DNA from: Setoptus koraiensis
Taxonomy: Eukaryota; Animalia; Arthropoda
NCBI GenBank assembly: GCA_048013815.1
Contig: CM106586.1
Location: 5,518,001-5,582,000 of the forward strand
DNA length: 64,000 nt
Direction: 5' to 3'
Part shown: positions 10,375 through 23,813 of the stretch, in pieces
Numbering within the stretch: position 1 is the first letter of the stretch
Layout: each line of letters begins with the position of its first letter
Made by a program: the position numbers and the translations under genes
The notes under the pieces: model-generated
The model's database searches: none
Told to the model about the DNA's origin: nothing
The model's input: only the letters and a program-made list of their open reading frames with translations

Positions 10375-13300
10375 ATGTCAGAGCTAGAGAAAAAATTAGA
10401 AATTAATCTCTTGAAACACATCCAAGTTGTTCTATTCACCGAGAATGGAAGATTATTATACCAGCTCAAGCAGCAGGCGGGCTCCACTTCATTAGCTCCG
10501 GTGCCAATGCCGACATCGGCATTGGCAACAAGTAATTCCGAAGCCTCTAGCGTCTTAGACAAACATATCAGCAGCAATAATTGTCACAATAATAGTTGTT
10601 ATTACAATCATAATAATAATAATGACTGCTTACAAAAAAGGTCGATACAGCAAAACTATAGTAATAACCACGATGTAATTAGAAGAATACAGCCTTCCAC
10701 CAATGGTGTGAATGTGCAATCACAAAAATCCACTCTATCTGCTCTGTCTGAATGTATATTCGGATCTGTGTCCATACAATCGTTGCCAAATATATGCGTT
10801 TCAAAAATACATCATCTGAATGTTGATACAATTATGATGAGTCTAGTCTTTGAGATGCAACCACAACAAAGTTTGAAACAACAACAACCGGCCAAAATGC
10901 ATAAGCATCAGCAACAAATTTCAACATCAACCTCATCTACATCTTCGAGGCCATCGTCACAACCAATAAAACATAGACAGCACAATACTAATCATAATAG
11001 TAATCTACCGTCTAAGCGGCAAGAAACAAAAATGTCACCTGGGACAAATCATGTTAATATCATCCATCAACAACTAAATGTTAGAAAAAAGCTTGGATTA
11101 GCTCTAATCTGGGACTCCATCGAAGAACAGTTGGACCTAAGTGGACGCAATATAAGAGATTTTATATTCGACTATTCCAAAGCTATTGATTTTCACTTAA
11201 ATGTTCTCAAGGACTACATATCAAATACACAAGCGTTGTCTTCAAAACTCATACACGCCTCTGTATTGAATTGCTTACAGTCTATCAACGAATTGGCAAA
11301 CGCATCATTTGTTTCCAATCTTGAAGATTTTACCGAAGAAGATTTTGTTGAAGAGTTTGTTTCGTTGATAGAGGAACTTGAGCTCAAAACAACCAACTAT
11401 ACCATGTCAACCATATTGACAGTTTTGTTGTCAAGCGACCATCTACAAGATCTACAGGTTGTTCTAACTTCCCAGAACCCAGATACCAAAGTTCTTATTA
11501 TGAGAATTCTTTTTGTTATTAGATGTTTATTGTTTGATGAACATCTTGCATTGTTGAAATCACAAAGTAGCTTGAATACTGCAATCAAAAAGAATACCTG
11601 TTTCCGAAGGCAAAATGATGATTCTCATCTTTATGATAGTAGATCTATTGTGATAAAGGATTCGAACAGTGGAATGATCGATTCGTCTTCATCTAATGTG
11701 AGTAACGCCTGGCATTTTTTTTCAAACCTAATCATTTGATTATTTCTTCACCTTAATATAGACGTTTTATTCCGATTCTTGTAATTTGATAATAATTCTA
11801 ATCAGGATCAATTCCAAGGAAATCATAATACTGATGGTAGTCCATTCCATAATGATACAAGAATTTCAACGGAGGCTAGACAGTTATCCGAAGTGAAATT
11901 CGCCATACCACGCTCAAAGACACACTCGAGTCTGTTGAACGAACCTAAAGTGGCGCCCAAAACCGATAACCAGTTCCTACTAAACCGATCAACTTCGAAG
12001 AACAACTATGGCTTCAATGAGAAAGTATCCAATGTTTCAAAGGAAAAACTCTCATCTAGTTACGACAACACCAATCTCGACACAAATATTAACAAAACAA
12101 ATTTATTTGGAGCTTGTACAAATGGCGATGAGATAAGCACGACCATGCTGGCAAAAAGTAAACTATACATGAGAGAATATCAAAGTCTACGTTTTTCTGG
12201 TCCCTCATCTCTACCACATGCATATAGTATCGCAAGCACGTCTGACGGTGGTCTTAGTAGATCAGCGAGTGGTAGTGTGACGAATATAAGTCAAGAATCT
12301 ACGAGAGGATCAACTCAAAGGATAAACTCTGATTTTGTTACAAGACAAATACCTGAAACATCTCTTATTAGCAGAACGAGCGAGGCGAATACAACTGTTG
12401 GTGCATCAATAGAAAATACTTCAAAAGAACCAATCGACGGCACAAAGAATGACTCTCGAGTTGTTCAATCAACTTCGTTTCAGACATACTCAACTACGAG
12501 TACCAACACAAATATTCCGATCGATCAACTTAATATATCCATAAATATACGCCCAATTACCGAAGGTTCGCTTGTTGGGTTTGCTCAATTGGATCCCTTG
12601 GAATTTAAACCGGAAACTGCTGTCCAATTCGCAGGATCACGAGCTACACCCGATCTAGATAGGACAAGGCGCAAAGAGGCCTCTAGACGCTCTTTTGCAG
12701 ATGCCTCTGTCTCTGCGACTTCCGGAATGTTTGAATTCTTACAGGAGCCCAGAGTTTTTCACACTAAACCTTTAATTTATTTGCAACCAAGTTACCCAAA
12801 TTTGGGCAAAATCTACGAACCTGTCATAACAAGCAATTATTTGATCTCATGTGCCCTCCAATGCATCATTACCGGTCAGACTGAACTAGTCAACGAGAAA
12901 ATCAAACTTGCCCCGGGCAACGATAGAATACTACATATCGACTGTGATAACTGGTAATTATTTGTCCTTTGATTCTCGAACTAATAGAATTATTATTGGT
13001 CATCTGAATTTTCTGACAGTTTAGTGTTCATATTTTATAATTTAAACGCCACTAGGTCGACGCGTATGATTTCGTGCGGAATCCTTAAAACTGTTGTACT
13101 ATCTTCGGTAGTTATGGATGCATGCAATGTCATGAAGCAAATGAAACTTTTTAAAGTAGATACCAAACTTGTAAGTCAGCATGAACCAACTATAGATGAT
13201 AATCTTGAATTACAATTACTAATGTATTCCTACTTATTCTCGCAATTAAGATAATTGAGTATTTTTATAGTAAATTGGCAGAAGAAATTCCCTGTATGGC

Positions 13301-13459
13301 CACATCATCTCTAAATAGTCTAAATAGTAAGTATAGTGTTCTTGACATATTTCTCCATTATAATGATGCTACGCGATCTTCTAATTTAGCCAAACTTTGT
13401 ACCTTTCAACAGGTTCGCCGCTATGTATTGTGGCTGACATTAGTGAAACATGTCTGTGA
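10375..13459 (+). CDS. Folliculin-interacting protein (FNIP1/2)-like; exons 10375-11697, 11806-12953, 13020-13170, 13251-13326, 13413-13459 (914 aa)
   Basis: LSECIFGSVSIQ...SKIHHL...IMMSLVF and RKKLGLALI resemble the FNIP longin motifs (recalled as LGEMMFGSV..LKIH..LMLSKVF, KKIAIGVIF). Four GT-AG introns (donors GTGAGT, GTAATT, GTAAGT, GTAAGT) join the track ORFs with matching phases. The last two exons are less certain. Confidence 0.6.
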
Positions 13460-16248
13460 TTGAATCTTATAAACCTCCTACATGCTGTTTTTTACCGTAA
13501 CCTACTGAAGCATTGGTCTGGAATCTGTGGAACAGGACGCGACGTTTCCATCGACAAGATTAATATTCGCCGGATGCATAAATTCACACAATTCACACAA
13601 TTCATTAGAATTATTGGGAATCGAATAATCGAATCCGTAAAAGCAGATGGTTCAGACGCAGTGTGACTTTGATCGTCTCTTCTAGTTGATGATGTATCTA
13701 AGTAATCGAACTCACCTCTGTTCGACGGGCTTTAATTATATTCTTTTGTTGAAGCACAATCGCTTTTGACTTGAAGATTTCCCTCGAGTAACCATCACTC
13801 AACAGATTCTCGCGCTGAGACTGGCCACCACATCGCGGTCACTTCATTTCAAACATCGTATCGAATGATATCCGGCCGGAAATGCCTCTTATGTTTTATA
13901 GATATCGATCATGAAGATATTGTAAGATATCTGTTCCACCTCTTAATAATTGATCCAAACATGTCAGTAGTCTTCGTAGATGATACACTTGTTGAACTAT
14001 TCATTCAGATTAAAAAGAATGAACAAACGAATCCAAATTGTCTTTCAAATAATTCAGTTAAAAATTTGCAATCACATTACATGTTATATCAGATCACCCG
14101 TTGCTGACGTTCGCTGTTTGCGCCAATGTTGAACTGATATATCTACATGATAAGTCTTAAACTTGATGAGATATCTGGATGTTTGACCTTGAGTGAATGC
14201 TCACTTGGATGCTTGAAATTGGCACAAGTGGAATTACTTTTTATACTGAATTTTGGGGAGATAATTTTGTTTAGTTTATCAGTTTCAGTATTGAATTGGT
14301 TGAATCAGGCGTTGTTAACTAGATGTTGACATCTCAGGGTGACGACGATGAAATACTGTTTCGTCAGATTGTTGCCGTTGGTGCTCGTCGAGTTTCTATA
14401 GAATGAATCATAATGCTGGGGGTAACATTTGATCCATGCGGTCCCACTTGATGTCCTGCCTGTCTTGCTCCACTTAACTCAGAGTGGAAAAACACCGATG
14501 AGGCTAAGGGATGTGTTCGAGAATGGGTTTTTCCAATAATTCGAGCAGCAATGACGGCATTGCTGAGTAACAGGACAGGATTTATCTCAGTTGATCCACA
14601 TGAGTTCAACTAACTGAACTAGGATGCATTTAACGAGAGTCCTCACCAATGGTCTGATTGTCTCAAGTCGGGGTCAAAACTTGAAAAAAAAAATCAACAT
14701 CCATCAATCTATATATCTGAATATTGTAGAGTCGTTAATGAATGCTACCAATTGGTACATGTATAGAGGGAAAGGGACAAGCTTGCTGTTGCTGACTTGT
14801 TGCTTGTTGAACAAGGCTTGTTGAATTGTTGTTGAGCTCATTCATCTCAAACAAAAAGTGCCAAATCACTGTGATGTCACGAACAACCACACTTTACACT
14901 AAACTTCTCGCTCATACTAGGCTTACAAGCAAGCTCGATGCGAGATGGTAGATCCTAAAAATTGTTGGTCCACGAGCCATATATCAATCACAAAACCGTG
15001 CAAGATGATCAATCTGGAAAAGGCTTGACAGCTATACACAACTAAGAAACACAACTAGTATCTCTATGACACAACGATTTCAACAAATTGTTTTCTTGGT
15101 GGTTGCTGAAACTCACGAACGAATTCGTGCAATTAAGTCGGCTAGATGTGGCGAGCTAGGTGTGTCTGGCTGTCTCTAGCATCTAGAGTTAAGATACTAA
15201 TCATCGTGATGATGTGGTGATAATCTCGTGTCTTGATTGGACTGAACTGATTTATCTCACGGCATAAATATTCTCCGAATTTTGCCTGTGGTTCGCTTGT
15301 TTCACTTATAACTCATCAGTTGACTGTGGGTGTTGGGTGATTAAGAGAATCATATCATCCCCATCTCAAGGTAACAGTTATCTTCAGGCCGTGATGTTGA
15401 GTTTGCGGTACCCGTCATATTTCCGTCACATTGGACGCACAACAAGGCTACGAAAGCTGCGCAAAGATGCTGTGCCTCAAGAATACTTCGTTCAAGAGAA
15501 CACAGTGACCGTAATGACATAACGGTAACGATCAAGCTCTGTAATGCTCTCTAGTTGCAGCTTACAGTGAGTGTATTGCTTCTTGTACTTCATGTGCCAT
15601 GGCGACAGCACAGTGAAACTTCTGCGCATTTCATAGTTGAAAGAACACATGAGCAATATAAATGTATACAGTATGTAGTGTCTCTTTATTTATTTTTTGT
15701 TTTTGTACTAAAAACAGCCAGAGGTGGCATGAGTATAACTATCAGTACAACATATAAAACTGCTAGCTAACCTTATCACTGGGCATCAATTTTTATTATT
15801 ATCATCAAAACATTGTTACGTAACAAACAAAACAACAAATCATCTATCTCGAAGACATATTATTACAATATATATTACACAAATAATAGGACATAAAATA
15901 CAATTATTAGCAATCAACTGAAATATGATTAGGATTATGGCAAAATGCATCAATCAATTCACTAGCAGTGATAGTTATTACGAAAAGCAAGCTCAATTTG
16001 GATCTAAGCAAGAATTGAAATCTTCAGCTAGCAAAAAGAGTGATAAATTTTTAGGTGAGGAATCAATTAGTGGTTTTAAATTTTCAATTTCGTTAGTCTC
16101 TTTATGAAGTTCACTATATTAAGATCATCAGATCATTCATTCCACAAGGAACAACCTTCTATTAGAACCATATTATAATCTGGTTTTTGGACTTTCAATT
16201 TATCACCAACTGGTCTGACCATTACATACTTACCATAATCAAAGCAAT

Positions 16249-16602
16249 ATGAGCAAGGAAGAAGGGTCTAATCCAACTGGCCAGGTCAAATCGACCTTTG
16301 GCGGACTACAAGTCAAATTAGAGCTGGCTAAGTCGTCCTCGTCTCCATCTATCGCTAGCGGTTTCTTCATGAGAGAAACGGAAAAGAAGCGCTCCCAATC
16401 AAAGCAACCAACTCCTGAAATACCCAGCAAGCATGAACATCAATCAAAGAGTAGTATTATAGTAGGCGGCAAACTAGCGGGCAATGTAAGCGATAAGGAT
16501 AATAACAAACAATCAAAGGAAGAGCTTTCGCGCAACCCGTCGCCATTTAAATTGACCATAGCCAATTTTGATTTAAATGCCATCAGTCCGTCGTCGTGGT
16601 AA
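16249..16602 (+). CDS. Hypothetical 117-aa Ser/Lys-rich protein
   Basis: Clean ATG-to-TAA ORF flanked by AT-rich DNA; ends in an ordered-looking motif (FKLTIANFDLNAISPSSW). No family recognised. Confidence 0.5.
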   Translation: MSKEEGSNPTGQVKSTFGGLQVKLELAKSSSSPSIASGFFMRETEKKRSQSKQPTPEIPSKHEHQSKSSIIVGGKLAGNVSDKDNNKQSKEELSRNPSPFKLTIANFDLNAISPSSW

Positions 16603-16943
16603 AAAAGGTGCACGTGTGTTGATTATAGTGTAAAAATTTAGACACTAGACACTATTAACAAAAAAAAATAAACAAATAATAATAATTTGAGATAATTCGA
16701 TATACTATCGATTTTGTTGTCCGGTCGCCCTGATTGATTAATCGATTTTTCTCTTTAAAAATCTTTTGGATTGTTGTCAATTTTAAATTTTGCGCTCATA
16801 AAATCCTAAAATTCTCTGGGCTTGAAAGCCGAGCAAAAATAGAGAACATCATTTGGGCCGATAGTTACATCAGCAACTAGCAGCACTTACTAACTTCTAT
16901 TGAAGGAAAATCTTGTTACTTTTTTTGAGAATCTACAGGCAAA

Positions 16944-17687
16944 ATGCGTCGCCGAGGTACCGGAATCGGAGCGATCCAGAAGAACAAGCAACGTTTGGAA
17001 TTGTTCCAACAAAAAGGCAATGACCTAGCCAAGGAGGAACTACTCAAACTGTCTAGTCAAATGGAGGAGTTCAGAGTAAATCTCTCTGATTTTGCTCAAA
17101 AATACAAGAAGGACATAAAAAAGAACGGAGATTTTAGAAGACACTTTCAGCAAATGTGTGCCACTGCCGGTGTTGATCCACTAAGATCATCGACTACATT
17201 TTGGACAAAGATATTGGGCGTAGGGGACTTCTACTATGAATTGGCGATACAGATAGTGGAAGTTTTCATGTCAACTAGTCATCGCAACGGCGGTATAATG
17301 CAGATGGATGAATTACTTACACGCGTCACAGTATCCAGAAATTCCGGTAAGAATTCCAATTTGGCTAGCACTGATTCAATTACAGCCGATGATATTATGA
17401 ATGCCATAGATAAGCTCACAGTATTGGGGGGCACAATCAAAATACTACCATCCAAAGGAACTTACCTAATTCATGCTGTCCCAGCAGAATTGAGCTCTGA
17501 TCATCTTTCCCTAACACAAGTAGCCCACGCTAACAATGGTTTTGTTAGCCGAGCTCAGATATTGTCCCAACTTACTTGGTCAGAAGAACGAACTACAAAA
17601 GCCCTCGACGAACTGATAATGGAGGGTCTAGTGTGGGTAGACAAGCACAATGGCGAAACCTTATATTGGTTCCCAGGATTGAAGTAA
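16944..17687 (+). CDS. SNF8: ESCRT-II subunit SNF8/Vps22/EAP30, intronless
   Basis: MRRRGTGIGAI start; FRRHFQQMCATAGVDPL; LGVGDFYYELAIQIVEV; C-terminal GLVWVDKH...YWFPG. Confidence 0.96.
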   Translation: MRRRGTGIGAIQKNKQRLELFQQKGNDLAKEELLKLSSQMEEFRVNLSDFAQKYKKDIKKNGDFRRHFQQMCATAGVDPLRSSTTFWTKILGVGDFYYELAIQIVEVFMSTSHRNGGIMQMDELLTRVTVSRNSGKNSNLASTDSITADDIMNAIDKLTVLGGTIKILPSKGTYLIHAVPAELSSDHLSLTQVAHANNGFVSRAQILSQLTWSEERTTKALDELIMEGLVWVDKHNGETLYWFPGLK

Positions 17688-18491
17688 ATTATATATGTGC
17701 ATGTCACATGTAACTAAATAATGAGCATCATTCAGGCACATTAGTGTAATAAATAATTCTTTTGTAGACAACCCTAAAATACTATGCAAAAGATTGGCGA
17801 TTCCCATCATTGTCCGTTTCGAAATACTCCCTCCGCATGACCTTGAAACTAAAGTATAACAAAAGAGCTAACCAAACTTGGCGCTACCAGAGATCCCCCA
17901 TTCTAGCTAGTAGTCAAAATCGATGTGAGCAGGTGCAAAATTAATAACAATAAGATGGCCCGTTGGTAGAGAGATGGGTGCGCGCGCAAAGATACTACTA
18001 CAGTCAAAATGATCGCTACATTACCTAACAAATGTCGTTTCGGGCTTAAGCTGTAGACTATGAATGGAAGAGCCGTTTATGGGCCAAGCCCGCATTTAGA
18101 TTGATACTCGGAGGGGGGGGCGGTCCGTCGTATATCTATAGTGGTGGTGGTCACTGTTAGTGTGTTAGGTCGTCTTAGTGCGTGCGCCCCATACGCTTGC
18201 TTTCGCTACCTTGGTATTCTTTTCCACTTGTGATATATACTCGAAGGATTGATGGTCGAGATTCGATGCATCATTCTGTGTTGTTATCATGACATAATCA
18301 TTAATTTGGTATATTATTCGTGTTAAAGCAACTAATTTGTAATATAACTAAAATATACTTCATGCGTGTTATCCAAACTGAGATAACTTCTTCATTTCAT
18401 CACTGAACATGAAAATAACAAAATAATACCAATTATAGACAAAGATAAGAAAAAAAGAGAGAGGATTCTAAGAAGAAAAAGCAAAAATTTG

Positions 18492-20006
18492 ATGATGAGC
18501 TCATGGACTACCAGCTACTTGGCTCGGGTGACTGCAGGAATGTCCAACGATGTATCGCTGGTAATTGTTCTATTTACTCTGATTACAGCATCGCTTATCC
18601 AAGCTGATGTTGATGTCTACCAGCATGATAGAACTGTCGTTTTTGATCCAGCCTATTCAACTGCCGAAGGATCTCAACAATTCCCAGAAGCCCTTGGCTA
18701 CAACATGCTGAATCGCTTTGTTGAACCATCATTGATCAACGACAAAAATGGCTACGCTGATCCCTACCAGAGCAACATAACATCGGATTTAATTGACCTG
18801 CTAGGTGGATATATTATTAACAGGCAGCAACAGCAGCAGGCGTTGTTATCAGAAAAAGATGGAATTAATACTAATGGACTAGATTCAAATAACAACAACA
18901 ATGATTACAACTCACGAGGTGCTGAGACAGATAATGACCTAATGCAAACTATAGTGAATCTAAGAAGAGCCTCAGACAACAGTATATCAGTTGATCAACA
19001 GAATGAAGACCCAGCGCTGAACTCTGCACAGATTGATTTGGAGGGTTTTAAAAATATCATGACAACCTTAGAGCATAACAACAATGATTTAGATGGCCCC
19101 TATCAAAAAGATACATCTAACGATAATTTAGATCAAGATCAGAGTGGTAGCATTCCTGAGATGATAGAACATCAACCAATACTCTCTGGTCATCAGTATG
19201 TTCAGGGTGGCGCTGGCGAGGGTCATCAATTATTGGGACCGGATGGAAGTTTTGAGAATATTCAAGTGATTAAGACAGATACAGCGTTACCATCATATTG
19301 TGATCCGCCGAATCCTTGTCCTATTGGCTACACCAGTGAGTGAACCACTAATTACTGTATTTCCTTTGCCTATGTTTGACCCTTGTCCGTTTTAACTCAT
19401 AATTTGACCATTTTCTACCCCTACGTTGTAAGGTGCTAATGGATGTATCGAAGATTTTGTGAATACAGCCAGCTTCAGCAGAGAATTTCAGGCCAATCAA
19501 GATTGTGCTTGCGACAGCGAGCACAGTTTATTTGATTGTCCATCTGAATCAAATAACAACAAAATTGACACTGACGGAAGCACTCAAGGCTCTGAAGCCA
19601 ATGACATTAAGGCTAATGCACAATTGACCACGCTTGCTAGGTCAATACAAAATCGCTTGGAAGATGTCAACCTTGGCGACATAGAGAATAAGTTGAACAG
19701 ACTTTACGAATCCAAGGTGAACAATGTGAGTTCGAACTTCAATCTTCATACTGTACATCGCTCTAGTGACATGATGTCTGTGGCCCATTCAATTGTCGAA
19801 TCTCTAGTCTACTGAACAGACAATAATTGACTGTCATTTATTGATGTTTTCTTTCTCTCTATGATTTGTATTTTCACTGTCACACATACACACACACAAA
19901 ACATATCTAGAACTACATCAACAATAACGCAAACCCATACCTTGTTGGCGACAAGCTACCAATTGTAGCAAAAAAAGCGCCGAAAACTTACGAAAATCAC
20001 TTCTAA
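18492..20006 (+). CDS. SCG5: Neuroendocrine protein 7B2 (PC2 chaperone); exons 18492-19335, 19433-19716, 19911-20006 (407 aa)
   Basis: Signal-like segment; HQYVQGGAGEGHQLL; LPSYCDPPNPCPIGYT spliced to ANGCIEDFVNTASFSREFQANQDCACDSEH. The third exon, missed by the track, encodes the CT inhibitory peptide NPYLVGDKLPIVAKK. Both introns are GT-AG and phase-consistent. Confidence 0.92.
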
Positions 20007-20272
20007 TTCAAAATCAATTACACAAGAGAAAGAAGCAGAGTTAAATTATCAAAATTAATGCTCGCCATGTTTTCATTCGAAGGAACAACATTACTAGATG
20101 GCTTCTCATCATCATCATCATCCAATCTCAGATACACAGAGAATAGTTGAAGCGACCGACGTCATCTGTTCATCAATACACCGTTATCTCAAGTCCCTAT
20201 CCGGCAACCTGATCATTAATCGGTCCTCTCGACACACAGACTTACATACACGGACACAATTACTCACATACG

Positions 20273-20330
20273 CTCTCTCTCTCTCTCTCTCTCTTTGTCT
20301 TTGTCTCTCTCTCTCTGCCTCTGTCTCTCT
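20273..20330. repeat. Interrupted (CT)n microsatellite downstream of 7B2
   Basis: CTCTCT runs seen directly. Confidence 0.9.
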
Positions 20331-21732
20331 CGCTAGTACTCTTGCATTCGGTGTTTTTCCTCTCTCATGTTATTAGATAAGAACAAAAAAGAATATGAAT
20401 AAAATCTATGCTAACTGTTACGAAAATTGATGCTTAAGCAGATTGTTTAATGAACATTGCCCCGCTATCTCCACATATGTTTAAAGCTTGAATTGACAAA
20501 CATTTCGTACATAGGTATTTAAAACTTTTACGGTAAAATTCAATATGAAGAAGACACAACCGAACAGCTTCAGGGTTTTATACTGTAACTAAAAAGCGAT
20601 CTTGTACTATTCTAAAGATGACCATCATGTCGGTGTCGACTTAGCTCTATATATATTCAGCTCTTGGTTTCACTCTTACAAGTGGAAAGGAGAGAAACTG
20701 GCAACCATAGTGTCATTCATACTTGACTAAGTGCAAACTAGAATTGTTGCCAAAATTGAGATTGAGCGATGAAAAAGAAGCAATTTGCTAAAGCAAACCT
20801 GATTATTGATTGCGCCATCTAATAGAGAACATCATTACCTATATCCTGTGGGTATAAATTCTAATTTGTATATACAATTATATATAAATAGGTGAGCAAT
20901 TTTATACGGAATCATTACCTACGAAAAGACAGTAACCATCAAATCGACAAATCGATTTGATGGTGAGAAGATTACTGTCGTCAGATACAAAGGTGATTTG
21001 ATATATAAATTCACAACATCTATTGTATTCCATCCATTGTATTTTCTTTTATTTCACCTGCATGCCTGAACAAGAAACAGATTGGTGTTGATGATTGAAT
21101 TGTCATTCAAACTTTGTGTAGTTTTAGTTGCTCGTAGTAGTTTCGATGCAACAAAAGAAAGGCAAGTGTAAAGATTCTTCTATCCGGCATCCGTTGAGCT
21201 TTCCGCTATCCTGTGTGTCTCTATCAGTATGTGTTGAACAAATATAAATCAGTCCATCCATAGAGACAAGATAATTTGGCAGATAAATATAATGCATTGA
21301 CAAACCGAGAGAAACTCTGGCCTTTCTTCTTCCTAGTTGTCTATTCTAGTTGAAAAAAAACGATTGACATCTAGCTTGATGAAGAATTTTGTCTTGCAGA
21401 GAGGAAGAGGAGTTGTTGTTTTTTTCTTGGATAAGTGACAAAATCACATTGTCTACCATACCTAAGGCATGGTAACTTCGACAGAAAATTCACGAATCGA
21501 TCCAGATGGCAACCAAGAGAATTCAATCGTAAGATGTACTCTCATTGATAAACAATCAACATTTACTTTAAAATAAATTTACTGTATCATAAAGCACCAT
21601 CATGTGAATTCCCGTCTGAGCTCGCAAACACAGACTGGTAGCATCGGAATGCCACATGTATAAGGTATCCAGACTGGAGAAGAAATCAATAAAGACAAAC
21701 TGTATTCATTACTGCTCGCACTCAAAGTGAGA

Positions 21733-23620
21733 ATGGACCCCAAGAAGAGATGGCCTTGTCAAATAGGCCTCATAAAGCCCATGAAAATTCAGAGAAAGCT
21801 TTTTTTGTCAAAGACAACGCTGGCTCGGATACTGTTCATAGTTATGCATTTTCTCAGCTCAACTATTCAATCTTCAAGATCGTTTAGCAACAATCAACAA
21901 GTGAATCTTGTGTCAGCTGCAATAAAACCTCAAGCGACTGATCTTTTCGATAGACAACCAAATACTCATACGGTTGTGTCCAACCAGCAACCCGATCCTC
22001 AAATAACAACCACGAACCCATATATCGAAAAATTGAATGAACCAAGTTTCGTACTGCCGGTGGACCGACCGACCATCATGAGTAACTTATCTCTACCAAA
22101 AAGTGAAACTCATTTTGTAAATTATAACAAAGATTCAAGAACCTTCACTTTTTTAGGTGATGATGGACTTAAAAATTGCACTATATTGAACAGTGCTTCA
22201 TACAATTCGAAACCACCGGATACAGATAACAATATCGTGATCATCAGTACTAATACAACACAGAATGAAAGAGACAACGAAGTTGTAAGCCCGCAACAAT
22301 CTCGTTCAAGACGTGCCTCAGCGACCAAATTGAAAAATTACAGTTCGTCGAAACAGACAATATCTTCTGCTTTACATTATACGCCTGTAGCAAACGAGAG
22401 TAACAGGCGCTCTGATGAGAAACTTGTTATTGGCAAGAGATCAGATCTTGTTGCTGACTCTTCATCTTCGCCACAAGCCAAGACAATGGTTTTAGTGACG
22501 ACAAAATCGGGAAAGTTCAGCGAACTAGTTCCATTAGAGGAATTAATTCTTGCTCCAACAAATATTAATTCTGATCTCAATTTGATGAGGCCTTTGTTTG
22601 ATGAAATCAGTAACCCAATGAGCTCTCATCAAAACGGACCTCCGTTGTTTCTGGCCTCATCGATTGGTCGATTGAAGGGTCAACAAGACGGTCGACCTGA
22701 CTCAAGGGATACTATATTGGATGATGACGACAGTAGATTGAATGGCTCACCAAATGTTCCAATAATGGCTGGTTTAAATTCGAACCAGAATCAAAATATA
22801 ATAGGTGGCTCTTCCAACAATGCTCATCTAACTCAGCCTCATGCCGTCGAACAGAAGTCTTTGAAACCAACGTCAATGGCACCTCTCAATCCGTGGTCGA
22901 GTGGTCCAGTTGATCAAGGTGACGATGATGACGATGACGACGATGGGCCTGATAGTGATGTAGCTTCGCCACAATTAGTAAATCAAAAAAACAATCCTCA
23001 ACAACCTCAGAGATACAAAATGAATCCCTCTATTGAGAGGCGTCAGGGATACCCTATTCTTCCAGTAAATACTGATAATCTATCATATGTGAGAAACACT
23101 AAGCAAGATCTGAATGTTGCAGCAGGTCACTACTATAAAAAGAAGAAACCTAAACATAAGAAGCCGAAGAAGAAGAAGAAGAAAAAAAAGAAGAAGAAGA
23201 AACATCATGATCACGGAAAGTATTACATGTAAGTTGATTTCCAAACTATCACTCGAAGTCGCAAGAATGACCTCTAAATGATTGCTGAGTAATAAACTCC
23301 CGTTTTCTTCTGTTCTTTTCAACAATCAGGTACGCAAAAGTACCCAAGAAAAAGACCTGGGAATTTGGTTATAAAAGAGGAAATAAGAAACATAAAAGTA
23401 AGTAGATTAGACTGTTGACTCACGCATCTATATACGATTCGAGACGACCAACCTGACCGAACATTTTTATACCCATGTCCGCGAAACAGTTGAACGCCAC
23501 GAAAAAGGACACAAATCTCATTTCAAAACAAAAGTAAAGTGGGAAGACAAAAAAAGTAAGGGTAAAGGTATTCACATTTGGGATTACAATCATTTCGATA
23601 AGAAGAAGAAGAAGTTCTAG
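21733..23620 (+). CDS. Putative secreted low-complexity protein with a Lys/His-rich C-terminal domain; exons 21733-23228, 23330-23397, 23490-23620
   Basis: Hydrophobic segment TTLARILFIVMHFLSS near the start (start may be the ATG at 21781); poly-Lys run. GTAAGT donors at 23229 and 23398 splice in frame to YAKVPKKKTWEFGYKRGNKKHK and IERHEKGHKSHFKTKVKWEDKKSKGKGIHIWDYNHFDKKKKKF*. Confidence 0.75.
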
Positions 23621-23813
23621 GTACTTCCAGTCACAAGTGTTCGCAAAGCAGCGAAGAAAGATAATTTTCATCTTCTTTTTCTGTAAAATTTGAGGATTTA
23701 CTTTTAATCTGTTATTGGTAGATATCGAATATAATAAAGTGTTATAATAAGCAAAATAAATAGATATGATTCAGTGTAGTTTCTGTACAATATTGGATGC
23801 AAATCACATAAAT

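Noticed and set aside
20098-20376. 92-aa ORF downstream of 7B2
   Set aside because: Built largely from (CAT)n and (CT)n microsatellites; 7B2 is already completed by the 19911-20006 exon.
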